In this document: positions 9,321-21,914 of the stretch, piece after piece
Layout: every line of letters begins with the position of its first letter
How positions within the stretch are numbered: position 1 is the first letter of the stretch
NCBI GenBank assembly: GCA_002269645.1
Contig: NIVC01004332.1
Span: forward strand, 1-50,091
DNA: 50,091 bases
Source: Macrostomum lignano
Taxonomy: Eukaryota
Direction: 5' to 3'
The notes under the pieces: model-generated
Databases searched by the model: none
What the model was told of the DNA's origin: nothing
The model's input: only the letters and a program-made list of their open reading frames with translations
Position numbers and translations under genes: made by a program

Positions 9321-12300
9321 ATGACTAGTCTACATGCCGATTTCGATAGCGACTATTATTCGACAGAGCAGGATTTGTCTTCTTTTTCTTCGGTTTTAAG
9401 TCCTACTACTATTCGAATAAGTAATAATCAGGCTAATTCTTGTCCGAATTGCAATTGCAATGGTCAGTGTCGTAGGCTTGCTGCTGCTGCTGCTGAACAG
9501 GGACCAAGTCAAACTGGTGCCAACATCGATTTGCAGCACGCTGTTGAGGTCAGAATGTTGAATAATCGTGTCAGCTTGGGTCATAGGCGGCCTAAGTCAC
9601 GGTTTCATGATCAGTTTGAGCTCATTTTTTGTTGTTGCCAGATTGAGTCATAGACAGTTTCAGTTGTTGCCAGATTGAGTCATAGACCGTTTCAGTTGTT
9701 GCCAGATTGAGCCATAGACGGTTTCAGTTTTTGCCAGATTGAGCCATAGACGGTTTCAGTTGTTGCCAGATTGAGCCATAGACGGTTTCAGTTGTTGCCA
9801 GATTGAGTCATATACAGTTTCAGTTGTGGGCAGATTGAGCCATAGACGGTTTCAGTTGTTGCCAGATTGAGTCATAGACAGTTTCAGTTGTTGCCAGATT
9901 GAGCCATAGACGGTTTCAGTTGTTGCCAGATTGAGTCATATACAGTTTCAGTTGTTCGCAGATTGAGTCATAGACAGTTTCAGTTGTTGGCAGATTGAGT
10001 CATATACAGTTTCAGATGTGGCAGATTGAGTCATATACAGTTTCAGTTGTTGGCAGATTGAGTCATAGACAGTTTCAGTTGTTGTCAGATTGAGTCATAT
10101 ACAGTTTCAGATGTGGCAGATTGAGTCATAGACAGTTTCAGTTGTTGGCAGATTGAGTCATATACAGTTTCAGATGTGGGCAGATTGAACCATAGACGGT
10201 TTCAGATGTTGCCAGATTGAGCCATAGACGGTTTCAGTTGTTGCCAGATTGAGCCATAGACGGTTTCAGTTGTTGCCAGATTGAGTCATATACAGTTTCA
10301 GTTGTGGGCAGATTGAGCCATAGACGGTTTCAGTTGTGGCAGATTGAGTCATATACAGTTTCAGTTGTTGGCAGATTGAGTCATAGACAGTTTCAGTTGT
10401 TGGCAGATTGAGTCATATACAGTTTCAGATGTGGCAGATTGAGTCATAGACAGTTTCAGTTGTTGGCAGATTGAGTCATATACAGTTTCAGATGTGGGCA
10501 GATTGAACCATAGACGGTTTCAGATGTGGGCAGATTGAACCATAGACGGTTTCAGTTGTGGGCAGATTGAACCATAGACGGTTTCAGTTGTGGGCAGATT
10601 GAACCATAGACGGTTTCAGTTGTGGGCAGATTGAGCCATAGACGGTTTCAGTTGTGGGCAGATTGAGCCATAGACGGTTTCAGTTGTGGGCAGATTGAGC
10701 CATAGACGGTTTCAGTTGTGGGCAGATTGAGCCATAGACGGTTTCAGTTGTGGGCAGATTGAGTCATATACAGTTTCGGTTGTTGGCAGATTGAGTCATA
10801 GACAGTTTCAGTTGTGGCTTGTGGGCAGATTGAGCCATAGACAGTTTCAATTGCCAGATTGAGTCATAGGTTGAGTTATACGCATTATAAAAATCTTTCC
10901 CATAATTTTGATTTCAACTTTCTAAACAGAAAATGGTGAAATTGAACCAAGAGAACTTCGATCTTCGCTTGCACTGCTATCACCTGAAAGAGAAACTGGA
11001 CAGATTAGGCCAAAGTCAGAGCAGATCGGCCGAATTAGATTCTGTAAGTTTTGATTTATTAATTAATGTATTAATTTAGATTTTTTGTTTATCAATTCGA
11101 TTCACCAGTGAGAGCAGAATTTGTCAGTTTTTGAATTATGGGGCCCTGGATTTATGCCGCTGAATTTGTGTCGGAAATAGTTTATTTATGGTGCCGTTTC
11201 CTCTGTTATTATTATTATTACTATTTGATGTGTGATATTTGCGTCGGGTGATTCTATATTCGGTTTTATTACTGCGCGTGCCCAGCTAGTTTAGCCACAA
11301 CTTTTATTCCGCTTGCGATGCAAGTTATATGCTGTGGGATCAGAATATTTTGGGATCGTAATATTGGCTTGCTAATCCGTCTATCTTTTTCTCACTGTGT
11401 TCCAATCTCCCCTCCTGTCTTCCCATCTCCCCTTCTGTTTTAACATATCCTCCTGTCTTCCTGTCTTTCCATCTCCCCTTCTGTCTTCCCATCTCCCCAC
11501 CTGTCTTCCCATCTTCCCTCCTGTCTTCCCATCTCCCCTCCTGTCTTCCCATCTCCCTCCTATCTTCCCATCTCCCTTTCTGTCTTCCCATCTCCCCTCC
11601 TGTCTTCCCATCTCCCCTTCTGTTTTAACATATCCTCCTGTCTTCCTGTCTTTCCATCTCCCCTTCTGTCTTCCTATCCCATTCTGTCTTCCCATCTCCC
11701 CACCTGTCTTCCCATCTTCCCTCCTGTCTTCCCATCTCCCCTCCTGTCTTCCCATCTCCCTCCTATCTTCCCATCTCCCTTTCTGTCTTCCCATCTCCCC
11801 TCCTGTCTTCCCATATCCCCTTCTGTCTTCCCATCTCCCTTTCTGTCTTCCCGTCTCCCTTCCTGTCTTCCCATCTCCCCTCCTGTCTTTCCATATCCTC
11901 TTCTTTCTTCCCAACTCCCCTCCTGTCGACTCACCTAGCCTTCCTGTCGAGCCTCCCCATCTGCCATTCCCATCCTAATTCGAAATCCCAAACCAAGCCA
12001 AAAGTCCCAAATTCACCCGCAGAGCCAGCAGGCCTACTGGGAGGAGGAGACCGGCCGGCTGCGGCGCGAGCTTCGCGATCAGGACGGCAAGCTGCGGGAG
12101 CTAGCCGCCGAGCGGGACTCCCTGCAGTCGGATAATTCTCACCTGCGTGACCTGCTGCAGAAGGTTGGCATTGCTTTTTTGGGAACCTAGAATTCTAGGA
12201 GATTCTGGCTTCTGGGAGATCGTACACCTGAAGCTCCAATGAGTAGCTGATGAGGCCACACCTGAAGCTCCAATAAGTAGCTGATGAGGCCACACCTAAA

Positions 12301-13187
12301 GCTCCAATGAGTAGCTGATGAGGCCACACTTAAAGCTCCAATGAGCAGCTGATGAGGTCACACCTGAAGCTCCAATGAGCAGCTGATGAGGCCACACCTG
12401 AAGCTCCAATGAGTAGCTGATGAGGCCACACCTGAAGCTCCAATGAGTAGCTGATGAGGCCACACCTGAAGCTCCTATGAGCAGCTGATGAGGCCACACC
12501 TGAAGCTCCAATGAGCAGCTTATTGAGACATCTGAAGTCTCAATTAGTAGCTCAAAATGGCACAGCTAGCTTTAATAAATAGCTGTTTCTATAAAACCCG
12601 TTTCTATGCCGTTGCTATGCTAAATTCCAATTACAGTGGGAGCAGCAGGAGTCGCCATCTGGCCTCGGCGGCGGCTGTTTGCACTATGCGCCCAGCAGCA
12701 GCACTCCCTGGTCAAAGAGCGGCGCCAGCAGTGGCGGAGCTGCTGTAACATCGGCAGCAACGATTGGCGCTTCTGCAACACCCTCTGCTGGGAGCAATCA
12801 TATTCGACACAATGGCGTTGCCGCGTCTGAGTCTGAGCGGCTGCAGCCGGCTCGAATGCTTGTAAGAGCTCATTGGATTGTTGCTTTCTAAATCGCCCAT
12901 TGGGAATTGCCATTAGGAATTGGCCATTAGGAATCGCCCATTAGAAATTGGCCATTAAAATCGTTTGCCATTCAAATTTCTAATTATAATTAAAATTATT
13001 GGTCAAAGCCAAAACGAAGCGTTTGTCAATTGCATGGCTAATTGCTGATATGTTAACCTGATAATTTGTTTCACTTGGCTTCTACTGACCGACTTTTGAT
13101 TTTCATTTTTCAAGATGCCTTCTATAGCCTGTAGTGAGGCTCCTGTGCTTGGCCAGACTCCATACCCGATGCCCAATGTAGGAATGA

Positions 13188-13233
<46 letters not shown>

Positions 13234-16200
13234 GTGTCTGTCTGTCTGTCTGTCTGGAACTATAAAATGCGCTCAAATTCTCAATCGCCGCTCATTCCCG
13301 ATCCCCCCGTCCCACGCAGCGCGATGGCAGCTCTCAGACGTCGCCAAACCATCCGACATCGTCTGACGCGGCCACTGAGGCGGAGCTGCTGCCTCTGACC
13401 TTAGCTGACCTGGCCGGCCCGCCGCTCGCTACAGGCTTGGCGCCTGGCGGCAGCAGCGTCGCGGGCCTCGACGACTCGCCTCAGTGCAACCTCAGCGCTG
13501 CCGCCGCTGCCCGAACTCTGCGCCAGCTGATGTCCCGCGTGCTGGCCAGCCAGACAGCCCTGCGCATCGCACTGGCCGACGAGGACGCCGCTGGCAGTGA
13601 GGTCGTTGACGACGATGATGAACCAACTGTTCAACAGTTCAGCGCCGCCAACAACAATGGCACAGCCAATCTGGAGGGCGACACGGGAGAATCGAACCTC
13701 CAACGTCAGGTGGCCGACGTTCGATCGGCCGCTCGACTGCTGTGCCGACAATTGGCTGTCTTGTTTGGCGGTGAGTCTCGCCCTCTGTAGCTGGCGCCCC
13801 CTCTGTAGCTGGCGCCCCTCTCTGTAGCTGGCGCCCCTCTCTGTAGCTGGCGCCCCCTCTGTAGCTGGCGCCCCTCTCTGTAGCTGGCGCCCCTCTCTGT
13901 AGCTGGCGCCCCCTCTGTAGCTGGCGCCCCCTCTGTAGCTAGCGCCCCCCTCTGTAGCTGGCGCCCCCTCTGTAGCTAGCGCCCCCCTCTGTAGCTGGCG
14001 CCCCCTCTGTAGCTGGCGCCCCTCTCTGTAGCTGGCGCCCCCTCTGTAGCTAGCGCCCCCCTCTGTAGCTGGCGCCCCCCTCTGTAGCTGGCGCCCCCCT
14101 CTGTAGCTGGCGCCTCCCTCTGCAGCTGGCGCCCCTTCTGTAGCTGGCGCCCCTCTCTGTAGCTGGCGCCCCCTCTGTAGCTGGCGCCCCCCTCTGTAGC
14201 TGGCGCCCCCCTCTGTAGCTGGCGCCCCCTCTGTAGCTGGCGCCTCCCTCTGCAGCTGGCGCCCCTTCTGTAGCTGGCGCCCTCCTCTGTAGCTGGCGCC
14301 CCCCTCTGTAGCTGGCGCCCCCCTCTGTAGCTGGCGCCTCCCTCTGCAGCTGGCGCCCCTTCTGTAGCTGGCGCCCCTCTCTGTAGCTGGCGCCCCCTCT
14401 GTAGCTGGCGCCCCCCTCTGCAGCTGGCGCCCCTTCTGTAGCTGGCGCCCCTTTGCTTGCCTACTAAAAAAATTCACTGAAGTGAGTGTTACAAACAGTA
14501 GCTATTATTTTCCAATTATTCACCACAGAGCGATCCCCTCCATCTGACGCGTCCTCAAGCGACTCCGACAACAAGCGCAGCCATCGCAAAGTAAATTTAT
14601 TAGCCATCAATGCGTCAGTGCAGACCCTATCGTTTGAACGACTGCCGGAAGTTCAGCAACTATTAGAAGAATTGGCTAGACAAAGGTCTCGAGTTGAACA
14701 ATTCACTGACGCTGTGGAGTCTCGGGCCGATGCCCTGGCTAAGGAGCGAGTTCAACCATTAGCCAGAGAGTTGGCTAAGAGCCTGGCTAGGGAGCAGGCG
14801 GAAGTGTTGGCTGTGCAGCGAGCCGAAGCCCTGGCCCGTCAGTGGTGCGAGTCTATGGCCAAAGATCGCGCCGAGATCATCGCCAGGGGACGAGCGGAGG
14901 TTCTGGCCGAATCTATCGTGGCGGATAGGGCCGAATCTATTGCCAAGCGTAGAGCGGAAGTGCTGGCCAGGGAGAAGGCGGAAGTGATAGCTAGAGATCG
15001 GCTGGCTGTTCTAACGCGCGGTATGAATGACACTCTAGCTAGGGAGAAGGCCGAGTTTATGCAGAGAGCCGAGTCGCTTGTCAATGAAAAGGCGCAGTTA
15101 TTGGGAGCGAAATTGGCCAATAATATCGCTAAGGAGAGAGCGGAAGTGCTTGCTCAACAAAGAGCGGAAGTGCTCGCTAATGAGAAAGCGGAAGTTCTTG
15201 CTCAACAAAGAGCGGAAGTGCTCGCTAATGAGAAAGCGGAAGTTCTTGCTCAACAAAGAGCGGAAGTGCTCGCCAATGAGAAAGCGGAAGTGCTTGCTCA
15301 ACAAAGAGCGGAAGTGCTTGCCAATGAGAAAGCGGAAGTTCTTGCTCAACAAAGAGCGGAAGTGCTTGCCAATGAGAAAGCGGAAGTTCTTGCCCAACAA
15401 AGAGCGGAAGTGCTTGCCAATGAGAAAGCGGAAGTTCTTGCTCAACAAAGAGCGGAAGTGCTTGCCAATGAGAAAGCGGAAGTTCTTGCTCAACAAAGAG
15501 CGGAAGTGCTTGCCAATGAGAAAGCGAAAGTTCTTGCCCAACAAAGAGCGGAAGTGCTTGCCAATGAGAAAGCGGAAGTTCTTGCTCAACAAAGAGCGGA
15601 AGTGCTTGCCAATGAGAAAGCGGAAGTTCTTGCCCAACAAAGAGCGGAAGTGCTTGCCAATGAGAAAGCGGAAGTTCTTGCTCAACAAAGAGCGGAAGTG
15701 CTTGCCAACGAGAAAGCGGAAGTTCTTGCTCAACAAAGAGCGGAAGTGCTTACCAATGAGAAAGCGGAAGTTCTTGCTCAACAAAGAGCGGAAGTGCTCG
15801 CCAATGAACGAGTTGACTCACTCGCTCGCGACCCGATCGAGGCGCTCGCCAAAGAGATGCTGGCCTCTTTTAATCGGTCGAAATCGTCCAGCAATTCGCC
15901 TCCGCCAGTCACCGACAATCCCCAGCAGCGCTCGTCGCCGAAAGCTGGCAGTAGCAGCGATCGACATCGAGTTGAACGTCAGGCCAGACGGCTTCGCTCC
16001 GAGTTGGACACATGGCGCGGCCTGGCCGAACGGTGGAAACTGGAGGCAGCCCAGTCGGATGATGCCAGAGTGGCTGCTCAGGCCCAGCTGGACAGTCTCC
16101 GAGCTGCATCTGAGCAGCTGCGACGTCAGGCTGCTGTTGCCTCATCAGCTAGCAAGGATCCAGACGCTTCCGCCGCTGTCAAGGCTGAGAACGAGCGACT

Positions 16201-16453
16201 CAAAAGCGAGCTAGTAGCGGCTGCAGCGTAAGCAGCTACTTTCTTGTACCGTCATTAAAGTACATAGGGAACTTTGTGCATACTTATGGTTACTGATTTT
16301 TTATTTCAGTGACGCTTTAAGCAGCCGAGAAGAAGCTCACAGGCTGCACGCAAAATTAGCTGCCGTGTCTGAGCAGTGCGAAGCGTTGGAGCTGCAGCTA
16401 GAAAGGTATATTTATCTGTCTCTGTCTGTCTGTCTGTGTGTCTGTCTGTCTGA

Positions 16454-16518
<65 letters not shown>

Positions 16519-18774
16519 GATCTATCTAACTATCTATCTAACCATCTAACTATCTAACCATCTAACTATCTATCTAACTATCTATCTATCCATCTATCTA
16601 TCTATTGCCAGGACCTGCACCGGAGCGGTTACGAAAATTAGATTTCTCGGTAGTTGCGCGCACTCTTTTGCACTACTTGAGTAGTTTGATTTTCGAACGG
16701 CATGGCTGGTTCCAGCAGGTAGTTCCTCTGGATAAAAGCGCTTACCGCGCCCATTGGCTTTCCAGCTGCCTTAATCGTTTCCGGTGATCTTGTGTGCGTG
16801 CATTCAGCTTGATTGGCTGCGGCAAGCAAGCTCGAAAGAGCTCGCTTCGCTCGCTCTTTCTCGCTATCTATCCATCTATCTATCTATCTATCTATCTATC
16901 TATGTGTCAATCAATTCCCCAGATTCGATTCAGCTACCCCGGCCCGCCTGCTGTCGGCAATCGAGCAGCTGAACCACCGTCTCGCCGGCATCGCCCAGGC
17001 TGCCGACGCATTCGAAGCAGCGGCGGCTCAGGCCGCAGAATCTCCTGTCGCTTCCAGTCCCCGCTGCGCAGCCGCGGCCAAGACTGCGGCAGGCATCGGC
17101 AAGCTGATCAGCCGTGAGCAGTCGCGGCCGCCACCTACTCGTCCCCGTCACGTGAGCATCGAGCCGCTACGCCGTGCCAGCTTGATGTCCAGCCCCATGA
17201 GCCGAGACAGCGGCCTGTCACCTTCTGGCATCGGCCTGCCGCCCTCCGCCGCAGCCGCTGGTGTCGAGATGTACACCGGTGGCGATGACACATCCTGCTC
17301 ATCTTCGCTGTCATCTTCCTCTGGTACGTCCACCTCGTCGGGCTCGTACTATTTCAGCCAGTCGCCATTGGCTCCGGTGCTAGTGGAGTCGTCAACTGCA
17401 GCATCGCCATCGAATTCTGGCGCCTCCGTAGCCTTGGCCCGCCTGCGAGCCGGCCTCACCGCCGCCGTGGTTGACACTGATCGGCTGGTTCGCCGATTGA
17501 GATGCATCGACGAAGCTACCGACCGTAAAATTTCTGAAGACAATAACAAGAATAATAAACGAACTGCGATTGATGCTACTGGCAGTAATAAAGTGACGAT
17601 TGGATCGCAGACTGCTAATCAATATGGTGAGTTTCGCTCCTTGTTTTCTATGTTACGCAACATATCGGTAGTCTTGGATTTTTTATTGCTTTTTAAGATG
17701 CGAGAGTTCGTCTGATTCTATTAAAAGTATAATAGAATGTGTTTTAATAATATAACAATAGAAAGTGCTTTGCTCCTCTGTGTATGTGGAAAATGATGCT
17801 TTGTCTTTATTGTTGCACAGCATATCGGTAGTTTTGGGTTTTATGCAATTTACTCTATAAAATTTTAGTTATTGTACTACAATTGGAATGCAAAATAGAC
17901 GTGGATAGGAATGCAATTAAAAAATTCCCCTTTTTTATTTTTTGTGGTCGTAAAACAGTGATTTGTTTTTTGTTATGCGCAACATATCGGCAGTCGGGCG
18001 TTTTTTCAAACTTAAACGTTTAAACCGTGCAAGAGTTCGGATATATTGTTGAGAGTATTGATGAAAATTTTATTAAATTTTTGAACCGGATTATATGAAC
18101 TGCTGCAGTTTCCAGTTTTGATCTACTAATAAGCCATAAATCATATCGCTTATCAATACTCTCGTAGCTACAAAGTCTACCTATGGCAGCAACAACGGCA
18201 GCAGTAATATGCTGTGGCTTTACTATCAACGTCTGCCTGACACCCTGAGTAAAGTGTCACCCTCCGTAGTTGACAGCAGTAGCCCACGCTGCCGCTGCTG
18301 TCATTGGAAAAATGCTACTCAATGTTATACTACTGTTAAAGGTATATATATGAGTAGTATAGAAAAAGTTCAATGTAGAATCTGCTGGCTGTTGTGCAAA
18401 CTACTGATAGTAATATGTAGCAACTTTTTAGCTTTTTTTTCTCTACCAAAGCTTTTGTGTATTTACCCTTACTGATTTTGATTAGTGTAAGGACATGGTG
18501 AACTTACTATTGTCTTTTGTACTTATACATGACTTTAGTATGTAAGGACTGCTTGTCGTGTCTTTCCTTCGAGCTAAATTACTGGATTTCTGGCCCCTTA
18601 TTTACTGATTCTAGCTTTGGCTTTCGGTGTTTTGCCTGCTCAAAAGTCGCATGAGCGATTGTACATACAGTGGCTAACCTTAATTTTTATTGCTTGTGTG
18701 TGTGTGTGTGTGTGTGTGTCTGTCTGTCTGTGTGTCTGTTTGTCTGCCTGTCTGTCTGTCTGTGTCTGTCTGTG

Positions 18775-18805
<31 letters not shown>

Positions 18806-19286
18806 GTGTCTGTCTGTGTGTCTGTCTGCCTGTCTGTCTGTCAGCCAATCGGACTACCTATTCATACGCCTATCTGTCATAAATTGGCACTCTGGTGTTG
18901 CAATAATCATTTAACCCAAACTCTCCCGTCTCCTAGAAGCATCGCATAGAAATCAGATGCAGCAGCAGCAGAAGCCACATCATCACCAGCCTTCCAACTG
19001 CCGCAGCGCAGATTTCTACCGCCTCAGCTGTGTCGGCCGCCTCGAAGACCTGGAGCTGCTCAAACGGCAGAATCGCGAGTGCTGCGCCGAGCTGAACTCC
19101 GCCCTGCTGCGCATCGACAACCGCCTGCGGCACTACGCCAGCCAGTCGGTGCTGCACAGGGCTCAGAGCGCCGATTACAATTTGTTGCGCTCGCTAAGAC
19201 GCGAATTAGCGGCGTTGCAGTGCTACTCAGAGCAGCGCAAAGCCATGCTGGATAGGTTCAGTGTTCGAGAGCTGCGGGACGACTGA
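9321..19286 (+). CDS. cnn: Gene A: centrosomin/CDK5RAP2/myomegalin-family coiled-coil protein, ~1335 aa, with N-terminal CM1 and truncated CM2. Exons 9321-9548, 10930-11043, 12023-12163, 12637-12861, 13320-13770, 14529-16227, 16310-16405, 16923-17626, 18937-19286
   Basis: All junctions are GT-AG with matching phases (0,0,0,0,1,2,2,1) and total 4008 nt, an open frame. Exon 2 [23 protein letters not shown] matches CM1 (L.KENF.LKL+IY.LEE+). The last exon [15 protein letters not shown]...MLDRF resembles the first part of CM2. The symbol is a family-level call. Confidence 0.78.
9630..10870. repeat. 32-bp minisatellite (gttgttgccagattgagtcatagacagtttca), about 39 copies, gene A intron 1
   Basis: Direct tandem repeat without spacers. 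Confidence 0.95.
11395..11935. repeat. Pyrimidine-rich ~21-bp minisatellite (cctcctgtcttcccatctccc), gene A intron 2
   Basis: Direct tandem repeat; explains the low-complexity ORFs 11340-11978. Confidence 0.9.
12225..12550. repeat. 34-bp minisatellite (cacctgaagctccaatgagtagctgatgaggcca), about 9 copies, gene A intron 3
   Basis: Direct tandem repeat. Confidence 0.92.
13189..13255. repeat. (CTGT)n microsatellite, gene A intron 4
   Basis: Seen directly. Confidence 0.9.
13781..14452. repeat. 18-20-bp minisatellite (ctctgtagctggcgcccc), gene A intron 5
   Basis: Begins 10 nt after the donor at 13770; variable C-run. Confidence 0.92.
15140..15811 (+). repeat. Coding tandem repeat: 14 x 48 bp ([16 protein letters not shown]) in gene A exon 6
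   Basis: 672 nt equals 14 x 48 and stays in frame. Preceded by degenerate 8-aa units from about 14725. Confidence 0.92.
16410..16605. repeat. (TGTC)n/(TATC)n compound microsatellite; a further (TATC)n at 16862-16900
   Basis: Seen directly, gene A intron 7. Confidence 0.9.
18693..18842. repeat. (TG)n/(TGTC)n microsatellite, gene A intron 8
   Basis: Seen directly. Confidence 0.9.
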
Positions 19287-19477
19287 CTGGACAGGTTCTG
19301 GGGTGCTGTGAGCTGTGCAAGTGTACCTGTGTATTTTAAGTGCAGAGTATTGTTGATGACGGTCTTTAAAGTGATTAATTAGGATTGGTTGATAGAATAT
19401 ATGGTGCTCGTATGATATTGAAAGTTTGGATAGTGTGAAATGCAAAGGGAGACTTGCATAGGTTGGATGGGATGGGA

Positions 19478-20235
19478 TCAGAAATCAGAGGGTGAGATCA
19501 GAGGGGATGAGATCAGAAATCAGAGAGGGTGAGATCAGAGGGGATGAGATCAGAAATCAGAGAGGGTGAGATCAGAAATCAGAGAGGGTGAGATCAGAAA
19601 TCAGAGAGGGTGAGATCAGAAATCAGAGAGGGTGAGATTAGAAATCAGATAGGGTGAGATCAGAAATCAGAGAGGATAAGATCAGAAATCAGAGAGGGTG
19701 AAATCAGAAATCAGAGAGGGTGAGATCAGAAATCAGAGAGGGTGAGATTAGAAATCAGAGAGGGTGAGATCAGAAATCAGAGAGGGTGAGATCAGAAATC
19801 AGACGGTAAGATCAGAAATCAGAGATGATGAGATCAGAAATCAGAGATGATGAGATCAGAAATCAGAGAGGGTGAGATCAGAAATCAGACGGTGAGATCA
19901 GAAATCAGAGATGATGAGATCAGAAATCAGAGATGATGAGATCAGAAATCAGAGAGAGTGAGATCAGAAATCAGAGAGGGTGAGATTAGAAATCAGAGAG
20001 GGTGAGATCAGAAATCAGAGAGTGAGATCAGAAATCAGATAGAGTGAGATCAGAAATCAGAGAGGGTGAGATTAGAAATCAGAGATGATGACATCAGAAA
20101 TCAGAGAGTGAGATCGGAAATCAGAGAGGGTGAGATCAGAAATCAGAGAGGTGAGATTAGAAATCAGAGAGGGTGAGATCAGAAATCAGAGAGTGAGATC
20201 AGAAATCAGAGATGATGAGATTAGAAATCAGAGGG
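19478..20235. repeat. ~22-bp minisatellite (gagatcagaaatcagagagggt)
   Basis: Direct tandem repeat downstream of the gene A stop codon. Confidence 0.92.
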
Positions 20236-21511
20236 AAGATTGTAAGCGGTTATGTTACAAATAAGCTGAGTCTGTCAGTAAACAGTTTAATTACAAAAAT
20301 TGCATGATACATTACTTTTCGTTTGACTTCAACTTCTTCAATGTTTTTTAATTTTCAGGTAGCGTCAGTGTAAAATGCAATTTTTGAGCATCTCGGAATG
20401 GACGCCGATTTGAATTGGCAAACAGTGCATTCTATTCTGTATTAATGATATATTTTGTTCTGTACAAAAAATACTGCAATATTCGAATCGTCTACTGCTA
20501 GTAGAAAACACGTGCGCTTTTTTGCATTAGTTATTTTTGCGTCCTTATTTTTATTTTATTCGACGCCTACAATAATAATTTGAAAAATAATCCAATAAAT
20601 GCTGCTGAAGTATTAACCTTTTCCCTAATATTTATCTAACCTGCCAAATTATTCTTTTTCTTCAATCATGGCATAGGATATTTTTATAAACTTTTTTTCT
20701 GCCTAGTAATTAATAAGTCAATTTTAATCAGGCAAAGTATTATTAATAATGGTAAATAGTTTCTGTAGTATTATTATTATTAATAAGTTTATGTCAAAGT
20801 AGTATGTTTCGCATTTTGCTGAAAATTTAATATTGCTCTGCAAACTTTTCGAATTTTGCAAATTTATAGTAACTATTTAAGGCTGCATTTTACTTGTATT
20901 TGTAATTCTTCCTGTTGTAAAGCTGTGTACTACTGTTAAATTATTGTAATGTGCGTTATTAATAAATTTAAAATAAGCGCATTTTACATCTCCCTGTAGT
21001 TCATGTTTAAACAATTTGTTGACGCACTTTTTCAAACTTTGTAAACACTGAATTCTTCATGTTGGGAGCTGCGTATGGTCAACTTTTGTGTTACTTTAAA
21101 ATATTAATACACGTTAAATAAACTGCTGATTGTAAAATATTATGTTGTAAATCTCTGGCTTGACGTTTTTTCTGCTGTTTTTGTTCTACATTTTCTGAGT
21201 TTATGCATCTGGCCTGATGTACTTTTGATCCCAGCTCACCTCTTGTTTATCCCATCTCACCCCTTGTCTATCTTATCTCGCCCCTTTGTCTATTTATTAT
21301 ACTCCATCCTGCATCAAATCTCACTGCTAGATTCATTTAATCCCAAATAATATATATAATCTCGCCCCTGATCTAATCTCATATCAGTTTCAATTTTGTT
21401 GCAGAATAATAGCAGCTTATTTTTCATCTAGTCTCACCCTTAATCTTAAAGTCTTCAATAGTTATACAACTCTCGTACTTTGACAGCCTGTATTATTATT
21501 GTAAAAATCCT

Positions 21512-21542
<31 letters not shown>

Positions 21543-21914
21543 GACTTTTTCATAACGGCTCAATAATCTTGCATTTTTACTCCCTTGTTAAGCGCAAGCG
21601 GTTAATACTATAACTCAATGCTTTTTAATTATGCTGTAATTGTTTGTCAATGCAAAATAGAAACGTTTATTAAGCGCAGTACAAGTTAGGCTGGCTATGT
21701 TTTCAGTTACGTTTTTTGTTGGCCTATAGGTATGCGCATTAATGAAGTTCTGCCTAAATTTCAATGACACCTTTTCATTTTCATTAGATTGGTTTTTATT
21801 CGGGGAAAGACGCCGTTTCGTCTAAAGAGGGCGCCATTTCTTTTTAGCAGCAAGTTTTTACGACCTAAACTACTTTGTAAGTGGCGCTAGAAGTTCCAGG
21901 AAGGGGTGCAGAAG

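Noticed and set aside
9630-10870. CRISPR-like array (also 12225-12550 and 24535-25100)
   Set aside because: Head-to-tail repeats without unique spacers, no cas genes, eukaryotic intron context.
13401-14477. 358-aa minus-strand ORF and other long repeat ORFs (11340-11978, 21881-22471, 29571-30051, 37632-38078, 39572-40045, 40709-41514)
   Set aside because: Produced by stop-free minisatellite units; they lie in introns or intergenic DNA with frames broken by unit-length variants.
15078-16214. Overlapping 378-aa (+) and 228-aa (-) ORFs
   Set aside because: Alternative frames of the 48-bp coding repeat; only the AEVLA frame joins flanking exons.
16611-16790. Extra gene A exon (ORF 16605-16787)
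   Set aside because: The phase is incompatible with the 16405 donor (stop after 23 codons); the 16923 acceptor fits.
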